Source: Planctomycetota bacterium (GTDB taxonomy: Bacteria; Planctomycetota; GCA-002687715; CAIWVZ01). Taken from it: DNA of 64,000 bases. Positions 38,168 to 47,337 of the stretch are shown piece by piece. The notes under the pieces were generated by a model. That model worked only from the letters and a program-made list of their open reading frames with translations, did not search any database and was not told the DNA's origin. The stretch's first letter is position 1; every line of letters begins with the position of its first letter. A program made the translations under genes and the position numbers. The stretch lies in contig JBGANV010000001.1 in the NCBI GenBank assembly GCA_044222185.1, positions 1,056,001 through 1,120,000 of the forward strand, given 5' to 3'.

Positions 38168-39240
38168 TTGCCCCCTCCGTCGAGCCACCTGCGCCTGAGT
38201 TTCTCGCCATGGGCCTCCGCCGCTGCGCGGTAGATCAGAGGCACGGCGATCAGGTAGCTCACGTCGCCGAATCCGAGGCCAAGCGTATCCCACGCGCTGG
38301 ACGAGACGCGGCCGGCGTTCGCACGGGACTGAATGGCCAGCCAGTCGTTCATCTCGCGGACGCGCCACAGCTCTGGTCCGAGGATCCCGGTCGGGTCGAT
38401 CTTGCCGAGGTGCCGCTCGGGGACATCGAGCCGGAACGCGCTGACGCCGGCGTCGGTCGCCTCGGAAACGGTGCGCCGGCGGTGCACGCCACGGATGTGT
38501 GCAGCGATCGACAGTCGCATGTTGCCGCGGTGGGTGCGCCAGCCTTCATCCGTTGCGTCGGCGGGCGCCCGCGTCCGCCGGCGATCCCCGACGCCGAGCA
38601 GGAAGTCCAGCGCATCGTCGGGCCTGTTGAATCGCCCGGTGACGCGAACGAGCGTCTCGGTCACGCGGCGGCCATCGAAGGCGATGTGCCGCAGGATGTT
38701 CAGCGTCTGGTCTTCGACCGCTTCGAGGAAGTCCGCGTCTTCGCGGCGCTTCGCTGGCGGCTGCTCGGGCGCAGCGGTACGGCCACCAGATCCTCCATTT
38801 CGAACACGCGCATCGGGCCGACTGTCAGGCCGTGATTCGTCCCTTTCCACGATCTTGCGGCCGCGCTTCCATGCCTCGTCGAAGATCTTGATGGCGTCGC
38901 GGACTGCGTCGGGGGCGATCGCACTGGGGACCCCGGACGCGACGGCAGCGGTAGCCACCGCGGGTCCCTGACCTGTGAGCGCGCGAGACGTGCCTCGCAC
39001 CCACTGCTCGACCGCAGTTCGAACGTGAGCCCGAAAGCGCAGTACTTCGTCACGATAACGGTGGTCGATGAATCCGGCGGCATTGGTGGGCAGCGAGGCT
39101 ACACGACGCGCGAGCTTCCGCCGCAGCCCAGACTCCCAAAACAGCAGGAGGGCGAGGGCCGCGAGCCACGTGCGCTCGCTGTGCCCATCGACCTCCTCAA
39201 CGCCGTCGATCTGGGTCCGCCAGTAGTCCTGCCACGCCAT
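38164..39240 (-). CDS. Hypothetical head-region protein (possible minor head/morphogenesis protein)
   Basis: GGAGG RBS; 358 aa in the head-neck block. Confidence 0.55.
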   Translation of the reverse strand: MAWQDYWRTQIDGVEEVDGHSERTWLAALALLLFWESGLRRKLARRVASLPTNAAGFIDHRYRDEVLRFRAHVRTAVEQWVRGTSRALTGQGPAVATAAVASGVPSAIAPDAVRDAIKIFDEAWKRGRKIVERDESRPDSRPDARVRNGGSGGRTAAPEQPPAKRREDADFLEAVEDQTLNILRHIAFDGRRVTETLVRVTGRFNRPDDALDFLLGVGDRRRTRAPADATDEGWRTHRGNMRLSIAAHIRGVHRRRTVSEATDAGVSAFRLDVPERHLGKIDPTGILGPELWRVREMNDWLAIQSRANAGRVSSSAWDTLGLGFGDVSYLIAVPLIYRAAAEAHGEKLRRRWLDGGGK

Positions 39241-39255
39241 GGGCGCGGCCTCCGA

Positions 39256-39708
39256 TCAGCTCGGTTCGCCCTGGAGATCCGGGAGCGGGTTGCCGTTGTA
39301 GGTCAGCTCGCGGTGATTCGGCGGCGGCTCGCTGTCGATGACGCCGGCGGCGAATGCGACGCGCGCGACCTCGATCGGGACGTACCGGCGTTCGCCTCGC
39401 TTGCACCAGTACGCGACGCCGTTGATCCGGGCGAGGAGGACGTAGTCGCTGTCCTGCTTCCCCTTCTGCTTCGGCTTCACATACACGGGGAACTGCTGGC
39501 CTTCGCCGAGCGAGTGGGCCGTGTGCTGGTCGGGCTCGGTCTTTGGGTCCGGGATGCGGACACCCTCGCGTTTGGCCGCGCGGTCACGCAGCTTCGCGTT
39601 GGCCGCAAGGTCCAACGGATCCATGGCGACGGTCTTCGACTCGGGCGCCTCGACCTGATCTTTCGACGCAGGGTCCACAACCTCGGCGTCTTTGCTCTGC
39701 TTGGCCAT
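39256..39708 (-). CDS. Hypothetical protein following the capsid gene
   Basis: Good RBS; INGVAYWCKRGE..YVP motif. Confidence 0.7.
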   Translation of the reverse strand: MAKQSKDAEVVDPASKDQVEAPESKTVAMDPLDLAANAKLRDRAAKREGVRIPDPKTEPDQHTAHSLGEGQQFPVYVKPKQKGKQDSDYVLLARINGVAYWCKRGERRYVPIEVARVAFAAGVIDSEPPPNHRELTYNGNPLPDLQGEPS

Positions 39709-39733
39709 GTCCTCTTCCCTCTCTCACGCACAG

Positions 39734-39757
39734 GGCCGGAGCCCGAAGGCCCCGGCC
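39734..39757 (-). other. Stable C(UUCG)G hairpin after the capsid gene
   Basis: GGCCGGGGCC-TTCG-GGCTCCGGCC; no U-tract, so more likely an mRNA stabiliser or pause than a terminator. Confidence 0.55.
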
Positions 39758-39779
39758 GGTGCTACGCCTGAAGCGGCGC

Positions 39780-40991
39780 TCACGCCGCGTAGAACTCGTA
39801 TCGCTCGAGCTGGTCCTGGTCGATGACCTTGGCCACGAAGTAGGCCTTCCAGCCGAGGTGCCCCTTCTGGCCCAGCTTGTCAGCCGAGTCGGGGGTGTTG
39901 ATGTTCCGCACCATCGCCGTGACGGACTGACCCTTCAGCTTCGTCACGCCGAACGCGCGCTGACCGAACACCGGCATGATCTGCACGGTGTTGGTCGTGA
40001 ACGTGCCGCCCGACGTGTAGGCCGCGTTGCCGGCGCGACCCGTCGTCAGGGTCGAGTCGGTGTAGAGCGCGAAGGTCGTCGACGACAGCTGGTCGACGTA
40101 GTACGTCCCGTTCGCGTTCGTGTTGCCGCCGACACCCGAGATGGTGACGACGTCGCCGTCGACCAGGCCGTGGGCCGCCGAGGTCGTGATCACGATCGGC
40201 GTGGCGTTCGTGGCGCCCGTGATCGTGCCCGTTACCGGCGTCGACACGTAGCCGGTCGTCGACATCACGAACCGGATCGAGTCGTACTTGCCCACCTCGT
40301 TCGGGAACGTGGCGTTCCCGGCCTGGTAGGAGTCGACCTTCTGAACGCCGGTCGTGCCCTTGATGTTCTCCCACATCTGCGGGGTGACGAACGCGATGTA
40401 GGCCGGCAGGCCCACCACCGTTCCGACACCCGTCGACGGGTTGATGAAGCTCGTGACGTAGGGCACGTGCCGCGACTGGAGGTTGCGGATCACCCGGTCC
40501 AGCTTCGTCGTGGAGAACGTCATGGCCGACGTGATCTGGTTGCGAGCCGTCGCCGTGCTCGCGTAGGTCACGTTCGTGCCGGCGAGGACCACCGCCTGGA
40601 TCAGCGCGTCGAACGTCAGGGCCGCTTGGCGCCCCTGGAGCTCGAGCGTCTGGATCGCGTACGGGTCCGGCCCGGTGTCGAGCAGCTTGTCGGTGAACTC
40701 GACGAAGTCGCCGTACTGCCCGATCGTGGCGGTCACTTCGGTGAGCGTCAGGTTCGAGCCCGAGGGCGGCGAACCTTCCGTCAGCGCGGTCGTGGCGGCC
40801 GACAGCTTGCCGAACTGGCGCCAGCTGATCGTCTGCCCCGACTGGCTCGGGATGTCGCGGCCTTCGACCGCGAACGCCCGCAGCCCCAGCCACTGGTGGA
40901 GCGTGTCGATCAGCGTGTCGCTGTAGAACGTGCGGGTGGCAGTCGTGATCTGGTTCAGACCACCACCGGAACCGATGGATTGAGCAGCCAT
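39780..40991 (-). CDS. Major capsid protein, N4-gp56-like family, with inserted beta-domain
   Basis: LTEGSPP, QYGDFVEFTD, NEVGKYDSIRF, DKLGQKGHLGWKA motifs. Confidence 0.9.
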   Translation of the reverse strand: MAAQSIGSGGGLNQITTATRTFYSDTLIDTLHQWLGLRAFAVEGRDIPSQSGQTISWRQFGKLSAATTALTEGSPPSGSNLTLTEVTATIGQYGDFVEFTDKLLDTGPDPYAIQTLELQGRQAALTFDALIQAVVLAGTNVTYASTATARNQITSAMTFSTTKLDRVIRNLQSRHVPYVTSFINPSTGVGTVVGLPAYIAFVTPQMWENIKGTTGVQKVDSYQAGNATFPNEVGKYDSIRFVMSTTGYVSTPVTGTITGATNATPIVITTSAAHGLVDGDVVTISGVGGNTNANGTYYVDQLSSTTFALYTDSTLTTGRAGNAAYTSGGTFTTNTVQIMPVFGQRAFGVTKLKGQSVTAMVRNINTPDSADKLGQKGHLGWKAYFVAKVIDQDQLERYEFYAA

Positions 40992-41032
40992 TTAGGCTCT
41001 CCGAGCCCCCTGCCTGAAATCTGCGAGCCGCG

Positions 41033-41746
41033 TCAGTCCTTGAACGCGACTTCCTCCCCGTTCTTGATCCGCTCGCGCAGTTTCGCTCGGTCGGCAGGCG
41101 TCATCGCATGAACCTGCTCGGCCGTGAGCGCCTGAGGCGCGGGCGCGGTCCCCACTTGAGCGCTCGGGGCGGGCCCAGCGCCGTTGCCGCCCGGGGCCGG
41201 GCGGAACACGTCCTGCGTGCCGAGATCCTGGACCGCCTGCTCCAGAGAAAGCGTCCGACCGTTGTGGTCGTACACGATCTCGCCGGTCGCTCCCTCGCGA
41301 AGCCGTGGCTCGATCAGGTCGCGCATGATCTGCGGGTTGGCGTACTTGCCGTCCGCGATCAGCTTGTCGATCGTTCGCTGGCGCGCAGCCTTCGATTCGG
41401 CCGCGGCGCGCTGCGCCTCCGACTGCTTCAACCTGTCGAGCTCGGCCTGCTGCGCCTCGAACATCGGACGGACGTTCTCGGGCAGCGCGGACGGATCGAT
41501 CCGGGTGGGCTTCGGGTCTTCCTTCTGGCCCGCACGACGCGCCGCGTTGGCCTGGTTCTCCAGCGACGTGATCTTCGCCTGCAGCGGGGCAACGGCTGCC
41601 TGCACCACGCCTTGGATCGCCTCCAACGTCAGCCCAGGATTTGCACTCGCCGACTGGCCGGCGGTAGTGCCACCTGAACTCGCGGTGGCCCCGGTACCCC
41701 CGCCATTGGCAGGGCTCCCGCCTTGGGCGGGGTTCGGATCGGTCAT
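41033..41746 (-). CDS. Capsid scaffolding protein
   Basis: Between portal and capsid; coiled coil with low-complexity ends. Confidence 0.75.
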   Translation of the reverse strand: MTDPNPAQGGSPANGGGTGATASSGGTTAGQSASANPGLTLEAIQGVVQAAVAPLQAKITSLENQANAARRAGQKEDPKPTRIDPSALPENVRPMFEAQQAELDRLKQSEAQRAAAESKAARQRTIDKLIADGKYANPQIMRDLIEPRLREGATGEIVYDHNGRTLSLEQAVQDLGTQDVFRPAPGGNGAGPAPSAQVGTAPAPQALTAEQVHAMTPADRAKLRERIKNGEEVAFKD

Positions 41747-41757
41747 GTGTTCCCTCT

Positions 41758-43350
41758 CTACGCGAACGGAGCAGGGCTAGCCCCCTGCTGATTCGGCGCG
41801 GAGAGTATCACGACGCGCTGCTGAAGCTGCTGCAGCGTGAGCTTCGCGAGTTCGTCAGCGACGGCCTTCTTCTTCTCCTCGGAGACGTCGCCCATGATCG
41901 TCAGCGCGATGCGCGTGAGCATGGTTCGCAGGAAGGTCTCGGAGTCGGCGAACCACTCCTTCGTGTTCCCGAACTGATCGATGAGCTCGTTGATCTCATC
42001 GTCGGTGAACTTCGCCGGGTAACGCACGGTTCCCGCGAACACCTTCGTGTCAGGCGGGGGCGGCGTGGCCGAAAGCCGCCGCGCCACGAGCTCCAGAATC
42101 GCCCAGTGCCCAGCCTGGAACCAGCTCGCGAGCTTCGAAAGCAGTCGAGCCTCCGTGTTGGAGAATCGAGACTTCTTCGCGGTCCCGCTCTCGGGCGTGC
42201 TCGTCTGCTCGAACATGCCGGTCGGGTCCGCGCCCGCCTGGCGGAACCCGTTCAGGTTCTTGTTCTCGACGGCCTTCATCGTCAGCTCGAAGCCGTCCGA
42301 TGGCGTCGACGCATACTCGAAGCTCTCGTTGTCCTCGGGGTTGAGCACGATCGCGACTGCCGGATCGCGGATGACCTCGGACACAAGGCGCTTCGTCTTC
42401 AGCACCTGGGCCGGGATGTTGTGCACGTAGCGCGAGAAGTCGCCCTGGCTGGCCTCGTTGAACGCGGAGATGTCCGCGCGGACGGTGCCCATGAGCATCG
42501 GCGACGCCCAGAGCGGGTGCTGCGGGTCGCCGAGCCAAGCGATCGGAACGCACCCGCAGCCGTGGGGCACGGCCGCCTGCACCTGCGGCTCCTCGATGTT
42601 GTTCTCGAATGCGTAGAGCTGGTCGATGGTGATCGAGAAGTAGTCGTAGCCGGGCATCTCCTTGAACCCGGCCCGGTACACCGTGACGTTCGCACGATCG
42701 ACGACCAGCCATTCGACCTTCGGTACACGTTTCCCGAGCACCGACTGCTCGCTGATGATCCGCGTGAGCACGACCCACTCCGGTCGCGTCGACCGGTCGA
42801 GCTGCCAGTTGGTGATCTCCTCGACCTGGTAAGCCACCAGGCGCGGCGCCCACGGGATCCCGTTTCGCTTCAGGAAGTCCATGGACTTGTCGGTGCTCGC
42901 TCCGAGCAGCGTCATCTGTTCCGGCGTCCGCTGCTCCATGTCGACGAGGACACCGACGCCCCCCATGCCGACCACGTCCGGGGCCTGGTTCTTGACGAAC
43001 TCGAATAGGGCGGTGCCTTGGCCGTCCGTGTCCTTCGACCAGGCCTCGATGTCGACCTTCGAGCCCCTGGTGTCGTAGGTCACCTCGATCGGGTTCTCGA
43101 AGATGGCGCCCGTGAAACGCTCGATGATGCCGGCCGTGACGCCAGCGAACTCGGAAAGGCGCACCCGCGTGGCGTAGTGGTGGTCCTTCTCGAAGTTGCC
43201 GCGGATCAGGTACTCCCGCTTCGTGGCCTCCTCGTTCAACGCGCCTCGGACGGCACGGATCTTCGGCCAGTTGTCGCGGCCTGTCATGCGCGCGTACCAG
43301 GGGTGGCGCGAAAGGAGGAACGCCTTCACGTCCGCGGTCATCGACTCCAA
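41758..43350 (-). CDS. Portal protein
   Basis: 530 aa directly after the terminase; GVLVDM, ITNW, VPIAW, ESGTAK motifs. Confidence 0.85.
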   Translation of the reverse strand: MESMTADVKAFLLSRHPWYARMTGRDNWPKIRAVRGALNEEATKREYLIRGNFEKDHHYATRVRLSEFAGVTAGIIERFTGAIFENPIEVTYDTRGSKVDIEAWSKDTDGQGTALFEFVKNQAPDVVGMGGVGVLVDMEQRTPEQMTLLGASTDKSMDFLKRNGIPWAPRLVAYQVEEITNWQLDRSTRPEWVVLTRIISEQSVLGKRVPKVEWLVVDRANVTVYRAGFKEMPGYDYFSITIDQLYAFENNIEEPQVQAAVPHGCGCVPIAWLGDPQHPLWASPMLMGTVRADISAFNEASQGDFSRYVHNIPAQVLKTKRLVSEVIRDPAVAIVLNPEDNESFEYASTPSDGFELTMKAVENKNLNGFRQAGADPTGMFEQTSTPESGTAKKSRFSNTEARLLSKLASWFQAGHWAILELVARRLSATPPPPDTKVFAGTVRYPAKFTDDEINELIDQFGNTKEWFADSETFLRTMLTRIALTIMGDVSEEKKKAVADELAKLTLQQLQQRVVILSAPNQQGASPAPFA

Positions 43351-44648
43351 CCTCTGAGGACCTCGAGATCCGGCGCCCGAAACGCGGAGGGCCGGTGCCT
43401 GCGGTGGAGATAGTAGCCCGCGGCCTCAAGTGCGTGCGTGCGCTTGGGATCCTCCTTGTCGACGACGCCCGGCTTCTTCCACACGCACTGCTCGCAGTCG
43501 TCGATGAGCAACTCGCACGCGGGATCGACATAGGCACGGACCTCGCCGGCGCCGTTCATGAACCGCGCGTTCGTCGCGTTGATCCGGTCCACGATCGGAG
43601 GTGCGTCCTTCGGCACGTCGTCGTCGACGCGGCTCCCGAAGTACTTCCCAAAGGCTTCGAGGAGCATCGCGTAGTAGGTGCGACCGGTCTGCGCTGTGCG
43701 CCCGTGGCCGCTTGCGTCGCCGAACAGCGTGACTCGCCCAGGGTGACTCCCGTATTTCGCCCCGACGGCGTCGGCCACGTGGTAGACGTTCGCGTGCGGC
43801 AGGGCGAACTCGTCCAGGAAGTGGGTCTCCGTCCCGCCGGCCTTGCACGCGATCTCCTGCGCGACGACGCAGAGCAGCGGATTCACGTTGAAGTCGTGGC
43901 ACAGGAACAGCGGCAGGTCCGGGTTGTACTCCAGCTTCCGAACGTGCCGCAGTCGGTCGAACTGCCCGACCGCACGAGCACCGGCGAGGTTGAGGAACTC
44001 GCCGTCCATCTCCTGCTTCAGCAGCTGCGGGTCGTACCCGTGGATCAGCGACGGGACGTAGTCGGATGGCAGCGAGAGGTTGTCGATGGTGCGGGCGCGG
44101 ATCAGCCGGTGGTTCGGGGACGGGCGCTTGACGAACTCCTCCCAGACGTGGTCGTAGCCGTTCGGCGTCGTCCCCCAGAAGACGCGAGGGCGATCGCAGT
44201 GCTTCCCACGCATGCGGCCGCGCATGACCTGCACGGCCTTCTTGGGTGCGTCGCGCACCTCGTCAGCCCACCAGCTGTCGACCTCCATGCCGCGCAGCCG
44301 GTTGTAGTTCTCGGTCGACCGGACGAGAATTCGCCCGAGCGCACCGCCGTCGAGCAGGAAGATGCGTTTCGAGCTGCGCCACTCCGCGTGGATGTCGAGC
44401 GCTCCACAGACCTCGAAGAGCGCGGGAAGGATCGTGTCCTCGAGCTGCGTGTAGCTGTTGCCCGTGGCCAGGTGGACGCCTGCCGGGAACTGCGACGCCC
44501 TGGAGACGATCCAAAAGGCGCCGGTCCGGGTCTTCCCGCCTCCGAGCCCGGTGACCATGGCGACCCACGTGAACTGCTCAAGTGACTCGATCGCAGCGAG
44601 TTGGTGCGGGTAGAGGTCGACGAACGCCTCGTTCGCGGCCTGAATCAA
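43338..44648 (-). CDS. terL: Terminase large subunit
   Basis: PHQ, GLGGGKT Walker A, WWADE Walker B, TTPNG, HDFNVNP nuclease motif, HALEAAGY. Confidence 0.93.
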   Translation of the reverse strand: MIQAANEAFVDLYPHQLAAIESLEQFTWVAMVTGLGGGKTRTGAFWIVSRASQFPAGVHLATGNSYTQLEDTILPALFEVCGALDIHAEWRSSKRIFLLDGGALGRILVRSTENYNRLRGMEVDSWWADEVRDAPKKAVQVMRGRMRGKHCDRPRVFWGTTPNGYDHVWEEFVKRPSPNHRLIRARTIDNLSLPSDYVPSLIHGYDPQLLKQEMDGEFLNLAGARAVGQFDRLRHVRKLEYNPDLPLFLCHDFNVNPLLCVVAQEIACKAGGTETHFLDEFALPHANVYHVADAVGAKYGSHPGRVTLFGDASGHGRTAQTGRTYYAMLLEAFGKYFGSRVDDDVPKDAPPIVDRINATNARFMNGAGEVRAYVDPACELLIDDCEQCVWKKPGVVDKEDPKRTHALEAAGYYLHRRHRPSAFRAPDLEVLRGWSR

Positions 44649-44678
44649 GCACGAAGATCGTAGTCTCGCGCGCTCCCA

Positions 44679-44966
44679 GTGATTGAAGTCACCGACGTCG
44701 TGTTCACTCCGGCGCGCAAGGAAGAAGTCGTCACGGGCCTTCTCGGGTACGTGCGTTTCGTCGTCGGCGGGGCCGTCGCTATCGACGGCGTGACGGCGCG
44801 GCGAACCCGGAACGGCCGACTTACGCTTTCATTCCCCAAGCGAGGCGATCACCACATCGTCCGACCCGCGACCAGCGCAGCGCGTGACTACCTGGAGAAG
44901 TCGATCATTTCGCAGCTGGCGCAGCAGGCGGAGAGGGCGGCTTGGTCATCAGCCGCCAGTGAATGA
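44679..44966 (+). CDS. SpoVG-like nucleic-acid-binding protein
   Basis: IEVTDV...LLGYVRF...IDGVTARRTRNGRLTLSFP...IVRP...RDYLEKSII pattern. Confidence 0.65.
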   Translation: MIEVTDVVFTPARKEEVVTGLLGYVRFVVGGAVAIDGVTARRTRNGRLTLSFPKRGDHHIVRPATSAARDYLEKSIISQLAQQAERAAWSSAASE

Positions 44967-45333
44967 CGCGCGTCGGCTGTCCGTCCGCGGGGGCGACATC
45001 GGGCGCGACGACATCGCTGCCGGCCTGCTGATTCGCCGCCTGCAGAATCGCACGCGCGGCGGCCACCCGGGTCTGCGCATCGATCTTGCCTGAACGACAG
45101 ATCAAGGCCAGCGTGTCGAGCGCGAGGTTCTGAAGCCCGAGCACACGGTCGATGACGGCCGACCGAATGGCGTCTCGGCCCTTCGCGAGCTGGGCGCGGA
45201 AGGCCGGATTGGTGTGCAGCAGCTTGGCCACCGTCTTGCGGTTCAGGCCCGAGGCCTTCGCCGCCTCAGAGATCGTCGCGCCGCCGAGGAGCGCGTCGAT
45301 GGCTTTCTGAGCTTTTTCCGGCACTTCCTCCAT
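44905..45333 (-). CDS. terS: Terminase small subunit (HTH)
   Basis: AIDALLGGATISEAAKASGLNRKTV HTH; RVAAARAIL; upstream of terL. Confidence 0.75.
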   Translation of the reverse strand: MEEVPEKAQKAIDALLGGATISEAAKASGLNRKTVAKLLHTNPAFRAQLAKGRDAIRSAVIDRVLGLQNLALDTLALICRSGKIDAQTRVAAARAILQAANQQAGSDVVAPDVAPADGQPTRVIHWRLMTKPPSPPAAPAAK

Positions 45334-45484
45334 GATCGCGGTTCAGTCTACGACGTAGACTCGCGCGTTCAGGGCTGCTGGCACGGTCTTTGCCTTGGCG
45401 ATCGCGGCCCCGGCGTTTCCAGTCCGCCGGTGACCACTCAAGCCCTGCCGACTCACGCACCGATACCTCGACGGGAGATCGACG

Positions 45485-45703
45485 ATGGCGAAGGCGAGGC
45501 GTGAGCGTAGGGCCGAGGCCGACAAAGCGGACGAGCGTCTGATCCAGGTGCTCGATGCGATCGACAAGCTGGTCATCCGCGCGATGAACAACCAAGCCTT
45601 GAAGCCGAGCGACATCAGCTCACTCGTCACGACTCTGCAGCGCGCCCACAAGCTCCGCGAGCATGCGCGCGCTTCGATCGACGACCGCGCGCGCGGGCTC
45701 TGA
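45485..45703 (+). CDS. Small hypothetical helical protein
   Basis: GGGAG RBS; convergent with rusA. Confidence 0.5.
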   Translation: MAKARRERRAEADKADERLIQVLDAIDKLVIRAMNNQALKPSDISSLVTTLQRAHKLREHARASIDDRARGL

Positions 45704-45707
45704 TCGG

Positions 45708-46208
45708 TCACTGGAACGGGAGCTCCGGCCCCGCGCCGACAGCGGCGCGCAGGACGCTCTCGACGCGGTCTGACGCGAACTCACCGCACTCGATGACCGC
45801 GACCTCGATGAACGGCCGCTGCCCCTGCGGCACGATCCGCTTCGACACGGTCAGGGACTGGACCTGGCTGTCGTCCTCGTAGACGACGTCGTTCATGGCG
45901 TCGAGCACCGCCTTCGCCAGGTTGTCGACGTCGTAGCCGTTCTTGCCGATGTGCGGCGCGGCGGGAAGCGGCTCGCGCTTCCGCCACGTGGAGTGCGCGT
46001 GCTCGAAGCCGAAGCGAATCGTGACCTCGCATGGGCTCTTCATCGGTGGGAGCCCGCGCATCGCCCGACGCGCCTGGCCCGCGATGAACTCCGCGTAGAT
46101 CCGGCTCTTCGCTGGCTTCAGGACGCGAAGGTAGCCGTTGATCATCCTCGGGTTGCCACGGCGCCACGGTTCGGGAACACAGTCGACGGTGAAGTGCAGC
46201 GCGGTCAC
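45708..46208 (-). CDS. rusA: RusA-family Holliday junction resolvase
   Basis: DVDNLAKAVLDAMNDVVYEDDSQV signature. Confidence 0.9.
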   Translation of the reverse strand: MTALHFTVDCVPEPWRRGNPRMINGYLRVLKPAKSRIYAEFIAGQARRAMRGLPPMKSPCEVTIRFGFEHAHSTWRKREPLPAAPHIGKNGYDVDNLAKAVLDAMNDVVYEDDSQVQSLTVSKRIVPQGQRPFIEVAVIECGEFASDRVESVLRAAVGAGPELPFQ

Positions 46209-47209
46209 GAGGCCACCGCCTTCTCTGTCCTGCGGGCGGCCGCCATGGCGCGCTCCCTCGCCGCAACGATCTCCGGGTCGTTCGGGTCGACCGGCGGCGG
46301 CTCGTCGGCGGGCTTGGGTGTCGCCGACGGAGGCCTGCGCTTGCTCGCCGCTGCGACCGCCGCATCGATCCGGGCACTGAACGCGTGGATTGCCCAGCCG
46401 CGCTCCGCGATCCAATCGTCCCGGTCGGCCACGAAGGCCTCGATTGCGGCCTTGGCGCGGCGGACGTCGCCGCAGCAGCGGGAAAGCAGCTCGCGGAACA
46501 CGTCCCGGTGCCGCGACGTGTCGGTTTCTGGGCCGATTCCGTGGCGATCCTGCCGCGCATGCCGCCAGTGGCCGAGCAAATCGTCGATCGGATCGGGCGG
46601 TGCGGTGGGGTCCGACCGCGGCGCTGGGGCGTTGGGCGGAGTCGGCGCAGCCGAGCCCCGCGCCCCCCCTGCTCGGGGGGTTGGGGGGGACTGTTCTGTT
46701 CTGTTCTGTTCTGTGTTCGAGACTGTTCCGGTAACCGTATCCGATACTGTATCGGGAACTGTTCCTGACGTTACGGCGCCGAACGTTCGTTCCCACGTGG
46801 GACCGAACCAAGACTGATCCGACCACAGGTGACGGCGGAGCGATTCGATGTGGCGGTACTTCAGTTGGCTCTCCGGGAGCCCCTGCCAGGCCCGGAACCA
46901 CCCGAGGAGTTGCTTCTGGTTCCGCAGCTCCGCGAACTTCGGTCCGTTCGGCAACCGGATGACGCGCTTCTCGGGGTCGACCTCGACCATGCCCAGCCTC
47001 TCCAGGGCATCCATGTCGGCCTTCACTCGCGAGACGGGGCGGCGCCGGATCTCCGCCAGCGTGGCGACACCGCCGATCATCAGACCGGGCACGATCGTGG
47101 TCTGCGGGCCCGTGATGAGCGCGACCCAGAGCATCTGCTGGCTGTCGGTCAGCTGCACAAACTTCTCGTCGTCGTGCAGTCGAGGATCGATCTGACGATA
47201 GATCGCCAT
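46205..47209 (-). CDS. Phage replication initiator protein
   Basis: N-terminal YRQIDPRLHDDEKF winged-helix type; central repetitive linker typical of ori-containing initiators. Confidence 0.75.
   Translation of the reverse strand: MAIYRQIDPRLHDDEKFVQLTDSQQMLWVALITGPQTTIVPGLMIGGVATLAEIRRRPVSRVKADMDALERLGMVEVDPEKRVIRLPNGPKFAELRNQKQLLGWFRAWQGLPESQLKYRHIESLRRHLWSDQSWFGPTWERTFGAVTSGTVPDTVSDTVTGTVSNTEQNRTEQSPPTPRAGGARGSAAPTPPNAPAPRSDPTAPPDPIDDLLGHWRHARQDRHGIGPETDTSRHRDVFRELLSRCCGDVRRAKAAIEAFVADRDDWIAERGWAIHAFSARIDAAVAAASKRRPPSATPKPADEPPPVDPNDPEIVAARERAMAAARRTEKAVAS
46691..46770. repeat. Putative origin: (CTGTT)4 plus four degenerate 12-bp repeats
   Basis: ACTGTTCCGGTA/ACCGTATCCGAT/ACTGTATCGGGA/ACTGTTCCTGAC inside the initiator gene. 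Confidence 0.55.
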
Positions 47210-47337
47210 GTCCGTCTTCCCTTTCGCCCTGCGGGTGGTCGTCGCCAGATCGCCGAGCGATCCATCGCCTACCCACCGCTAAGCCGGCGCCCCCATTCAG
47301 CACCATCCGCCGCACCCGATCCACTCTCTTCCGAGCC

